Source of the DNA: Nitrospira sp.
GTDB taxonomy: Bacteria; Nitrospirota; Nitrospiria; Nitrospirales; Nitrospiraceae
DNA: 64,000 nucleotides
Assembly: GCA_047150005.1 (NCBI GenBank)
Contig: AP038806.1
Location: 1,632,001-1,696,000, forward strand
Reading direction: 5' to 3'
Positions 32,162 through 40,816 of the stretch are shown here, one piece after another. Under the pieces are notes generated by a model. It was given only the letters and a program-made list of their open reading frames with translations, was not told where the DNA came from and did no database searches. The number at the start of each line of letters is the position of its first letter. Position 1 is the stretch's first letter. A program made the position numbers and the translations under genes.

Positions 32162-32244
32162 GCTCCAGCTGTTTGGACAGTTTCATGAAGGTTTTAGACG
32201 GCACGAGAGAAATCAGCGTCTTACGCTGTCCAATCTGTTGGACA
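32162..32244. promoter_or_regulatory. Two palindromic enhancer (UAS) sites
   Basis: TGTCCAATCTGTTGGACA (32227-32244) and GCTCCAGCTGTTTGGACA (32162-32179), about 95-175 bp upstream of the -24 box. Confidence 0.65.
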
Positions 32245-32440
32245 GGTCTGCGAGGAAATTGGCGCGTAATGGGGCAGCGGATCATGGAATCGACCGACGC
32301 AGTCGAAGGCCGATCGCCCGAGTGCAACCGGCGGGTGCAACCGGATGGGGGCGAGGCGAGGCTCCGGCCCGAATCCCGATTGATTCAGTGCGCGTGGATG
32401 CCGATGGAACGATCGATGATGAAGAAGCGGATAGCCTGAT

Positions 32441-33808
32441 CTACTCGATCTGATAGGTGCGCAGCTTTGTATACAGGCTGGCTCGGCTGATCTTGAGCAA
32501 CCTGGCTGCTTTGACTCGATTGCCGCCGGCCTGCGCCAGAGCCTGAACGATACGCGCCTTCTCAGCCTCCTTCACGGCCTGGCGTGATACGGACCGGAGA
32601 TCGTGCGCCGAACCGGATCCCATGGCGACGATGTCGGCGCAGGGCAACGCAGGGCCGGTCGTGGTGACGACCGCGCGTTCGACGTAATGCTGCAACTCGC
32701 GCACATTGCCCGGCCACGTCGCCTCGCTCAGCGCCTGCAGGACCTCGGGGGAAATCGTGCGCGGTGGCTGACGGTGTCGTTCGCAGGCCGCCGCGAGGAA
32801 CCGTGTGATCAGCAAAGGGATGTCCTCGCGGCGGTTGCGCAACGGCGGCAGAAACAAGGGCAAGACGGCCAGACGGTAGTAGAGGTCTTGCCGGAAGCCC
32901 TTGGTCTTGACGAGTTCGGCGAGATCCTTGTTCGTGGCCGATATGACCCGCGCGTGGATCTTGATCCGCTCGGTGCCCCCGACCGGTCTGATTTCACCTT
33001 CTTGAAGGACGCGAAGCAGTTTGGCCTGAAACGTCGGCGTGGTGTCGCCGATCTCGTCGAGAAAGATGGTCCCGCCGTCGGCCGATTCGAACAACCCTCG
33101 TTTGTTCGCAGCGGCACCCGTGAAGGCCCCGCGGATGTGTCCGAACAACTCACTTTCCAGCAGGGTCTCCGGCAAGGATCCGCAATCTACGACGACGAAG
33201 GGCCGGTTCCGGCGCTCGCTCAATTCGTGAATGGTTCGCGCGACCAATTCCTTGCCGGTCCCGCTTTCTCCTTGGAGGAGCACGGTGGCGGAGCTGTCCG
33301 CCACCAGCGCGATCATGTCGAACAGCTCCTGCATCGCGGGGCTGCGCCCGACCAGACCGCACAGGGATTCCCGCGGTGTCATGGGTTCGGAGCCCTGGAT
33401 CGGCACCTGACGGACCGGTTCATGCTTGAACAACACCAGCATGGACGTCGTCTTCCCCTGGCCCGAGACGAGAGGAAAGAACTGACGCATCCCACAAGGG
33501 GTATCGTACTCTACGGGGGCACAAGCCATCGAAACATTCCTCGTCTCGATCGCGTGGAAGGCCGGACAGGCTTCGCAGGGCTCGCTCCGGCGGGCGAAGG
33601 CTTCATAACATTTTACGCCCTGCCGACCTTCCCCTGATGCGGTCGACCAGGCCGCGTCGTTGGCATAGATCACGTTGAAATGACGGTCCATAACGGCCAC
33701 GCGATCGGTCAGCCCTCCGGCGAGCAACTTGATAGCTTCTAGGCGGGCGTTCAGAACAAGGTCGGCAACAGCGGAATCACGGGTAACGTCTCGTGGAGAT
33801 CCGGCCAT
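32441..33808 (-). CDS. PAS-domain sigma54-dependent activator (Fis HTH)
   Basis: PAS with CYEAF..PCEACP; GESGTGKE, GAFTGA, FLDEIGD, WPGNVREL, ISRASLY. Confidence 0.95.
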   Translation of the reverse strand: MAGSPRDVTRDSAVADLVLNARLEAIKLLAGGLTDRVAVMDRHFNVIYANDAAWSTASGEGRQGVKCYEAFARRSEPCEACPAFHAIETRNVSMACAPVEYDTPCGMRQFFPLVSGQGKTTSMLVLFKHEPVRQVPIQGSEPMTPRESLCGLVGRSPAMQELFDMIALVADSSATVLLQGESGTGKELVARTIHELSERRNRPFVVVDCGSLPETLLESELFGHIRGAFTGAAANKRGLFESADGGTIFLDEIGDTTPTFQAKLLRVLQEGEIRPVGGTERIKIHARVISATNKDLAELVKTKGFRQDLYYRLAVLPLFLPPLRNRREDIPLLITRFLAAACERHRQPPRTISPEVLQALSEATWPGNVRELQHYVERAVVTTTGPALPCADIVAMGSGSAHDLRSVSRQAVKEAEKARIVQALAQAGGNRVKAARLLKISRASLYTKLRTYQIE

Positions 33809-33821
33809 CTCGGTTGTCCCT

Positions 33822-34268
33822 CTATTGTTTGATATGTTGGGTGGTCCTGGTTCGCTCCGCGGTGGACTCGGGAGAAGCCTCGGGGCGTGATTCCCGCAGC
33901 TTGAGCAATAGCTGCTGGACGCAGGCTTTCAGCTCTCCGACTCTGACCGGCTTGTCAAAATAGACCGAGGCTCCCGCCGCGAGCACTGCGGCCTTGACGG
34001 CCGGGTCACCGAAGGCGGTCATCACGACGATGGGGCAGGCGGGCGCCACGGTACGCAGGCGGCTGATGTATTCCGCTCCTCCGGCCGGCATACGGAGGTC
34101 GGTGAGGATGAGGTCCGGCACAGCCTGCAGGACGGCCTGAAACGCCTCGTCTCCGTCGCGCGCCTCCCGAAGCTGGTAGCCGGCGCTCCAGAACTCGTCG
34201 CACAGTAGACTGCGCATTTCTCGGTCGTCCTCCACGATCAACACAACTTCAGTATGGCGATGAAGCAC
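33822..34268 (-). CDS. Single-domain response regulator
   Basis: VLIVEDD, LTDLRMP, MTAFG, FDKPV; AAGGAG RBS before GTG 34268. Confidence 0.88.
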   Translation of the reverse strand: MLHRHTEVVLIVEDDREMRSLLCDEFWSAGYQLREARDGDEAFQAVLQAVPDLILTDLRMPAGGAEYISRLRTVAPACPIVVMTAFGDPAVKAAVLAAGASVYFDKPVRVGELKACVQQLLLKLRESRPEASPESTAERTRTTQHIKQ

Positions 34269-34319
34269 GATCGTCTCCTTTTCGATTCGCAAGGCCTGTC
34301 CGGGACGAAGGCTTGGACG

Positions 34320-34335
34320 AGCAAGGCACGTGCCG
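34320..34335 (-). promoter_or_regulatory. Sigma54 promoter for REC and PAS activator genes
   Basis: Minus strand CGGCACGTGCCTTGCT, GG-N10-GC. Confidence 0.75.
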
Positions 34336-34477
34336 CCGCGAGACAGCAAGGGAAGGTCGCGATTTCCCGGTACTTCATCATCCGCGACGGAGAAGGGGCA
34401 GGACGACTGGCGAGAAAGACGACAGGGGGGTCTTCGGGCTCTGTTGCGAGATGCCCCAGGGCCTGTCGACCTCAACC

Positions 34478-36034
34478 TCAACCTTCTTGATGCATCGGCA
34501 ACAGAATCGTGAACGTGGTTCCCTTGCCCGGCTCACTCTGCACCGCAATGGATCCCTGATGCTCGTCGATGATGCCCTTCACGACCGTGAGGCCGAGGCC
34601 GGTGCCTTTTCCGAACTCCTTCGTCGTGAAGAACGGCTCGAACACCCGGCCGAGGATGTCGGGCGGTATGCCCTGGCCGGTATCGGCGACCGACAGCGCC
34701 ACCGCGTCGGTCCGTGGCTCAAGCCGGATCCGCAAGGTGCCCTCCTCCGGCATCGCGTGGAGCGCGTTCATGATGAGATTGATCAGCACCTGACTGATCT
34801 GGTCGGCATCGGCCGATACGGCGGGACAGATCGGGACGAGATCCAACTCCAGCGTGGTCCGGCTTTTCGCCAGTCGTTCGTGAAACATCTCGACGGTGTT
34901 GTCCACGACCGTCTTCAGGTCGACCGGACCGCGCATGGGCGGTTTCCGGCGCGTGAAGGCCAGGAGCTGATTCATGACTCTGGTGATCCGTTCAACTTGG
35001 ACGATGATCGTCTGCAGGCCTTTCTTGACCGATTCTTCCCGGACACGATCCATCAGATATTCCGCGCGGCCGAGGATGACGTTCATGGGCGTGCCGATCT
35101 CGTGCGCCATGCCGGACGCAAGGGTGCCGAGCTCGGCGATCCGTTCGGTCCGCCGGAGTTGCTCTTCCATGCGTCGGCGCTCCGTGAGATCGCGGAGAAT
35201 GACCGTGAAGAATCGCTTGCCCTCGACCGCGATTTGCGAGATCGAGGCTTCGACCGGAAACTCCTCCCCGTCGGCCTTGAGGCCTGTGACGGTCCCGAGC
35301 GCGCCCATTTTGCGCGCCGTCACTCCCGACCGCCCGAAGTTCTCGACATGATGCCGGTGCGCTTCCCGGAAGCGGGCGGGGATAAAGCGATCGAGCGGCT
35401 GTCCCAGGGCGTCCGCCTTTGGGCAGCCGAACATCCGCTCGGCCGCATGGTTGAACATGACCACGCACTGTTGGTCGTCCACCGTCAGGATGGCATCCAT
35501 CGCCGATTGAATGATGCCTTCCAGCCGGAGTTGCGTGATCAGGTAGCGCTCCTCCGCTTCTCGCCTGCCGGCAACCGCCCCCATCACGGCCGTCTCCGCA
35601 TAGGCTCGCGCTTCTTGCGCGGCCGTCAGCAACTCTTGCGCATCCGTGCGTTCGGCCTTCAGAGCCTCCAGAGCTTGGTGGCGTCCGGCCTCGGTCGCCT
35701 CAAGAGAGGATTGCGCGCGCTTGTGGTGGACCAAGAGCCAGGCGATCAACCAGAGCACGCCGGTGCCCAAGCCCCGGTTCACCAGGGCGTACGCAGGCGC
35801 GGCTTCGGGATTGACCGCCAAGTCTGCCCAGAGCAACCCCGTCGCGGCGGTGCAGACGACGAGCGGCGCACCCTCGCGGTCTGAGAAGAAGGTCAAGAGC
35901 AGCGGGATGATGTAGAGCACGGAGACGGCGATGCCGGTGGGAGCCAGGACGTCCGCGAGGAAAATACCGAGGGCCAGGAGGACGGGCACGGTCAGGGATA
36001 TGGGGCGGGATAACGGGCTGGCGGCGTCGTTCAT
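34478..36034 (-). CDS. Membrane PAS sensor histidine kinase (NtrB-like)
   Basis: 4 TM, PAS (FNHAAERMFG), AHEIGTP, NALHAM, PFFTTK, GTGLGL. Confidence 0.93.
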   Translation of the reverse strand: MNDAASPLSRPISLTVPVLLALGIFLADVLAPTGIAVSVLYIIPLLLTFFSDREGAPLVVCTAATGLLWADLAVNPEAAPAYALVNRGLGTGVLWLIAWLLVHHKRAQSSLEATEAGRHQALEALKAERTDAQELLTAAQEARAYAETAVMGAVAGRREAEERYLITQLRLEGIIQSAMDAILTVDDQQCVVMFNHAAERMFGCPKADALGQPLDRFIPARFREAHRHHVENFGRSGVTARKMGALGTVTGLKADGEEFPVEASISQIAVEGKRFFTVILRDLTERRRMEEQLRRTERIAELGTLASGMAHEIGTPMNVILGRAEYLMDRVREESVKKGLQTIIVQVERITRVMNQLLAFTRRKPPMRGPVDLKTVVDNTVEMFHERLAKSRTTLELDLVPICPAVSADADQISQVLINLIMNALHAMPEEGTLRIRLEPRTDAVALSVADTGQGIPPDILGRVFEPFFTTKEFGKGTGLGLTVVKGIIDEHQGSIAVQSEPGKGTTFTILLPMHQEG

Positions 36035-36061
36035 ACGTCGATTCCAGGCGGAGCCTGCGTC

Positions 36062-37450
36062 TCACCCATCCGATTGCGCCGCCTGCCCCGTCCCCGCGAT
36101 TTCGTCGAGCTTGCGATAGAGGGTCTTGCGGTCGATGCCCAGCAGGTGCGCGGCCCGATACTTGTTGCCTCCCGTCTTTTCGAGGATCTTTCGGATATAT
36201 TCTTTTTCAACCTCGTGCAGCGGCAGGGTTTTTTCCGCCGCCTCATCAAGGACGCGGCGGTCGCCGCGCGAGCCCTGAATCGCCGCCGGCAGGTCGTCCG
36301 GCAGAATCTTGTCGCTCCGACTCAAGGTCACCGCCCGTTCGATCACATTCTCCAGTTCGCGGACGTTGCCCGGCCAGTCATAATCGATCAACATGGCCAA
36401 CGCGGATTCACCCACCCCTTTGACGCTCTTGCCGCGTGCCTCGCCGCACTTATTCAGAAAGGCCTCGACCAGCAGGGGAATGTCCTCCCGCCGATCCCGG
36501 AGTGGGGGCAGCTTCAACTCGATGACATTCAAGCGATAGTATAAGTCGTCGCGGAACCGCTTGGCCTTCACTTCTTCCGTGAGGTTCAGATTGGTTGCCG
36601 CGATCACGCGCACGTCGACGTCGACCGGCTTTGTGGCGCCGACTCTCCGGATCTCCTTTTCCTGAATGGCCCGGAGCAGCTTGGCTTGCAGCATCAACGG
36701 AAGCTCGCTGATTTCGTCCAGGAAGAGGGTTCCCCTCTGCGCCTCCTCAAACAGCCCCCGTTTGTCCATCTTGGCGTCGGTGAACGCGCCGCGGACATGG
36801 CCGAACAGCTCGCTCTCCAATAATTGATCCGGAATCGCCGCACAGTTGACCGGCACAAAGGACATCTCCTTCCGGTCGCTGTTATAGTGGATGGCTTTCG
36901 CAACGAGTTCCTTCCCGGTGCCGCTTTCCCCGGTGATCAGGATGTTGGTCGGGCTGTCCGCGACCCGTTTGATCAGGTCGAAGAGGGCCAGCATCGGTTT
37001 GCTCTTACCCAGGATCTGATGAAAACTGTATTCCTTGTGCACCTCTTTCCGGAGCCGGCCGACTTCCCGGCGCAGAGAGGCCTCGCGGATCACCCGTTCG
37101 ATCACCCGCAGCAGCTCGTCCTTCTTCACCGGTTTGGTGAGGTAATCGCTCGCCCCGTGCTTCATCGCCTCGACCGCCGTTTCCACCGATCCGAACGCCG
37201 TCATCAAGACGACCCCGATGTCCGGATAGAGACGCTTGATCTCGGTGAGGAGCTCCAGGCCCTCCACGCCTTTCATACGAAGATCGGTCAGCACCGCGGC
37301 GTATTCGGCCTCCTTTAATCGCGCCAAGGCCTCTGTGCCACCGGCCGCCGTCGTGACGTGATGTCCGCGGTCCTTCAACAAGTCGGAAATCGTCTCTCGC
37401 AAGTCCTGGTCGTCGTCCACGACGAGAACAGCTCCCCACTCTTCCGTCAT
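36062..37450 (-). CDS. Sigma54-dependent response regulator (NtrC/AtoC family)
   Basis: REC (VVDDD, TDLRM), GESGTGKE, GAFTDA, WPGNVREL, GIDRKTLY. Confidence 0.95.
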   Translation of the reverse strand: MTEEWGAVLVVDDDQDLRETISDLLKDRGHHVTTAAGGTEALARLKEAEYAAVLTDLRMKGVEGLELLTEIKRLYPDIGVVLMTAFGSVETAVEAMKHGASDYLTKPVKKDELLRVIERVIREASLRREVGRLRKEVHKEYSFHQILGKSKPMLALFDLIKRVADSPTNILITGESGTGKELVAKAIHYNSDRKEMSFVPVNCAAIPDQLLESELFGHVRGAFTDAKMDKRGLFEEAQRGTLFLDEISELPLMLQAKLLRAIQEKEIRRVGATKPVDVDVRVIAATNLNLTEEVKAKRFRDDLYYRLNVIELKLPPLRDRREDIPLLVEAFLNKCGEARGKSVKGVGESALAMLIDYDWPGNVRELENVIERAVTLSRSDKILPDDLPAAIQGSRGDRRVLDEAAEKTLPLHEVEKEYIRKILEKTGGNKYRAAHLLGIDRKTLYRKLDEIAGTGQAAQSDG

Positions 37451-37695
37451 GAGTCGTCCCTTTTCAGCCGAATCGGACACAACGCCGCGCCGGCGCGCCG
37501 CATGCCAGAGAGGGTAAGTGCTGCCGTCGCCTTTTGCAACAGCCCGCACTGCTCCCGCGCCTCGCCCTGCGTCGAGTTCGGGCCCGAGCAGCTCCTCGGT
37601 CGATGCGGTTCGATGTTGGTGCAAGAGCAGGGCCAATCGCCGATGGGCGGGCAAAGGAAGGGGGCCGGACGGGAATCTTGAAGGCTCGGGATCAC
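37447..37695 (-). CDS. Hypothetical 82-aa Cys-rich protein
   Basis: GTGA overlap with otsB stop and ATGA overlap with downstream regulator start; 6 Cys. Confidence 0.5.
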   Translation of the reverse strand: MIPSLQDSRPAPFLCPPIGDWPCSCTNIEPHRPRSCSGPNSTQGEAREQCGLLQKATAALTLSGMRRAGAALCPIRLKRDDS

Positions 37696-38522
37696 GATCC
37701 GCGGGATATCTCGTGAACGTGTGGCGCATGGCCGGCCACGCCGGCATTGCGCGAAGCCGGCGAGAGGTCCAGGTCACGGATCAGCAACATGAGCATTTCT
37801 TCCACCTCGCCTTGATCATCCAGGTAGTAGCGCGCGCGCGAGCCGGCCTCCCGTCCGACGCGCACTCCCATGACCAGGCCCTCGGTCAGCGAAAACACTG
37901 TCTCGTCCGTTTCGTCGTCCCCGATGTAGAAGAGACCGTCACGACGGAGATGCGTCATCAGCGCCGAAGCCGCGGATCCCTTGCCGGCCTGGCCGGGTGG
38001 CAGGACGTTGATCGACTGCTTGCCCATGATCAGGGAGGGCGCAGGCGTCAATCGGTTGAGGATCTGGAGCACCTGAGCGCAGGCGGCGGCAGGGTCGGTT
38101 GCGCGGCGAAAGTGGATGGTGAGCGTGTAGCGCTTGTCCTCGATCTCGGCGCCCGCGGACGCCATCGAGCGCGCCGGTCCGTTCGCCATCTCGCGCCGCC
38201 ATTGCTCGCAGACGTCCTCCGCCCGCCGAAGGGTCTCCAGACTCGACAGGGGGCCCTCGATGCCGTGGTTGCCGATCAGGTGCGGAACCGAGCCGTTCAC
38301 GCGCGGCGTCAGGTCGGCCAGCGCCCGCCCGGAGATGATCGCACAGGCCGCGCGCTTGGCCAGTTCCGCCAGCCATCCGCCCGTCGCGCGGGGTAGGGTG
38401 ACGCCGTCCCGGTCGGCCGAGATGGGGGCGAGCGTGCCGTCGAAATCGAATGCATAGAGAAGCGGCCGTGCCGCCAGGCCGCCGAGCGCGCGTCGCCCCT
38501 CCTCCGACAGCAGATGGATCAT
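37692..38522 (-). CDS. otsB: Trehalose-6-phosphate phosphatase
   Basis: HAD DFDGTL, ISGR, GNHG, EDK...HFR, GKG, IGDDETDE; coupled to otsA. Confidence 0.92.
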   Translation of the reverse strand: MIHLLSEEGRRALGGLAARPLLYAFDFDGTLAPISADRDGVTLPRATGGWLAELAKRAACAIISGRALADLTPRVNGSVPHLIGNHGIEGPLSSLETLRRAEDVCEQWRREMANGPARSMASAGAEIEDKRYTLTIHFRRATDPAAACAQVLQILNRLTPAPSLIMGKQSINVLPPGQAGKGSAASALMTHLRRDGLFYIGDDETDETVFSLTEGLVMGVRVGREAGSRARYYLDDQGEVEEMLMLLIRDLDLSPASRNAGVAGHAPHVHEISRGS

Positions 38523-40768
38523 GCTTGGCCTCTAGTGCTGGTTCGGATGTCGCGCGCGCCCGTTTGGCGGGCGACGCGGGCGCGCTGTCGCATGCGGGCG
38601 GCGTCCATCAGCATCCGGCCCGCCCAGCGATAGACGTTGAACTCCTGCACGATCCCGCGCATGCTGCGCATCCGCGCGCGCTGCTCGACCGGCGGCATCT
38701 TCAACGCGACATGCAACGCTGCGGCGCATTGATCGATGTTGTAGGGATTCACGACCAGCGCGTCCGGCAGCTCCGTCGCGGCGCCCGTGAATTGACTGAG
38801 GATCAACACGCCTTCTTCATCATCCCGCGCCGCCACGAATTCCTTGGCGACGAGATTCATCCCGTCGTGCAAGCTGCTGACGATGCAGAAGTCGGCGCCC
38901 CGGTAGTAGGTCGTCACTTCCTCCGGGTCATGGTGCTCGATCCGCAGATGGATCGGACGATAATCTTCCTGCCCGAACCGATGGTTGATGCGCTCCGCCG
39001 TGGCGACGACCTGCTCCGTCAACTGCCGGTACTCGTCGATCTTGGACCGGCTGGGCGCCGCGATCTGCACGAACGAGAACGAACCGATCCATTCGGGTTC
39101 CAGCTCTAACAGCCGTTCGATGGCGAGAAAGCGCTCCAGAATGCCTTTGGTGTAATCCAGGCGTTCGACCCCGACCCCCACCCGATGGCTGTGGGACAGG
39201 CCGTTGATGGCCCGGATGTGGGTTCGGCAGCTGGGGACCGACGGCTGCTCCGGCTGTCCCCGAGTCGGCCAGGCGATGGAGATGGGGTACTGTTTCACGG
39301 TGGTCAGCTTGCCGCCGTGCGAGATCGTGGAGCTGTCCCAATCGATTCTGGCCTCCAGGGAGCGGTCGACCGTATTGATGAAGTTGCTGCAATGAAAGCG
39401 GGTGTGGAAGCCCAGGATGCTGCTGCCGAGCAGGCCTTCGAGGATTTCACGGTGCCAGGGACAGATCGCGTAGCGCTCGGGATTCGGCCAGGGAATATGC
39501 CAGAAGGTGATGATGGTCGCATGGGGCAGATGATCGCGCACGACCTTCGGCACCAATGCGAGATGATAGTCCTGCACGAGTACGACCGGATTGTCCGTCT
39601 TGGCCTCTTCCAGCACCGCCATCGCGAAGCGCTCGTTGATTTCCTTGTACCGTTCCCAATCCGAGGTACGGAACACTGGGCGCACATGGGCGAGGTGGCA
39701 GAGGGGCCACAGACCTTCGTTGGCGAACCCATAGTAGTATCCGTCTTCTTCTTCCGGCGACAGCCAGATGCGCCGAATCTCATAAGCTGGATGCTCCGGA
39801 GGCACCCGCACATGGGCGCGGGCGTCGACCACTTCTCGGTCCGCGGTTCCGCTGCCATGCGCGATCCAGACGCCCGAACAGGCGCGCATCACTGGCTCCA
39901 GAGCGGTCACGACGCCGCTGGCCGGAACCTGCACCTCCATGTGCGGCCCATTCCACATGTGAATGTACGGCTGGCGGTTCGAAACGATCAGCACCTCGTC
40001 ACCGGCCAGGTGATCGTGGAGAATTGCCTTCAGTGTGGTCGGGGTCCAGCTCATCTGGCTTTCGTCGCGCATGCGCTTGTCGGCTTCAAGGTCATTGATC
40101 AGGGCGCGGAGATCTTGAGCCACCGGCTGCAGTTCCGAGTGGTGGTCTTGATTCTTGATGAGGGCGACCAGTCCTTCGCCCTGCAGCATCGATTGCACCC
40201 CGGACACCCAGCCGCGCCAGCTCAGGTGCGCGACCAGCACCGTCACCAGCGAGATCACCGCGCCGATGACCGCGAAGAGATAGAAGAGATACCACTTGGT
40301 ATCGGTGCTGCGTCGTTGCACCCAGCTCATGTCGTGCACGAGCATCAAGCGGCCCATCTGCCGCCCGTTGGCTTCGATGCCCACGGCGGACACGTGGACC
40401 GCGCCGTGAGGCAGCCGCAGCATGGCGGTCTGTTCCGCCTTGATCGTCCCGGGCCCGTCGCAGGGAATCGAATCGGGATACGTCAGGGTCTTATAGGCCA
40501 GGCGGTTGTCCCGGTCGCAGAAACCGACGGCGAAGAGCCGCTCGTCCTGGATGATGCGGTGCAGATAGTTCAACAGCTTGGTCTTGGAGTCGGAGGCCAG
40601 TAGATCCGCCAGCGGGGCTTCGACCATGCGACCGATGAGTTGGGATCGGATTTCCAGATCCCGCACGAACCATTTCAAGGTCAGGCTGTCGACCAGGGGA
40701 ATCACCGCATAGGCTAGACCGGCCAGGACGAGGGCGAGGGGAAAAAGAAATCGCAAGGATAAGCGCAT
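38519..40768 (-). CDS. otsA: Trehalose-6-phosphate synthase with N-terminal 2-TM extension
   Basis: VSNRQPY, GFANEGLWPLCH, QDYHL, FWHIPWP, RLDYTKG, HDGMNLVAKE (GT20). Confidence 0.93.
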   Translation of the reverse strand: MRLSLRFLFPLALVLAGLAYAVIPLVDSLTLKWFVRDLEIRSQLIGRMVEAPLADLLASDSKTKLLNYLHRIIQDERLFAVGFCDRDNRLAYKTLTYPDSIPCDGPGTIKAEQTAMLRLPHGAVHVSAVGIEANGRQMGRLMLVHDMSWVQRRSTDTKWYLFYLFAVIGAVISLVTVLVAHLSWRGWVSGVQSMLQGEGLVALIKNQDHHSELQPVAQDLRALINDLEADKRMRDESQMSWTPTTLKAILHDHLAGDEVLIVSNRQPYIHMWNGPHMEVQVPASGVVTALEPVMRACSGVWIAHGSGTADREVVDARAHVRVPPEHPAYEIRRIWLSPEEEDGYYYGFANEGLWPLCHLAHVRPVFRTSDWERYKEINERFAMAVLEEAKTDNPVVLVQDYHLALVPKVVRDHLPHATIITFWHIPWPNPERYAICPWHREILEGLLGSSILGFHTRFHCSNFINTVDRSLEARIDWDSSTISHGGKLTTVKQYPISIAWPTRGQPEQPSVPSCRTHIRAINGLSHSHRVGVGVERLDYTKGILERFLAIERLLELEPEWIGSFSFVQIAAPSRSKIDEYRQLTEQVVATAERINHRFGQEDYRPIHLRIEHHDPEEVTTYYRGADFCIVSSLHDGMNLVAKEFVAARDDEEGVLILSQFTGAATELPDALVVNPYNIDQCAAALHVALKMPPVEQRARMRSMRGIVQEFNVYRWAGRMLMDAARMRQRARVARQTGARDIRTSTRGQA

Positions 40769-40816
40769 TCGTCACCTCTCGTTTACTTCGGTCGGGAAAT
40801 CGCCTATGGTGGGGCA

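Noticed and set aside
37451..37777. N-terminal extension of the NtrC ORF 36062-37777
   Set aside because: Overlaps otsB and the coupled small ORF; the REC domain starts after ATG 37450.
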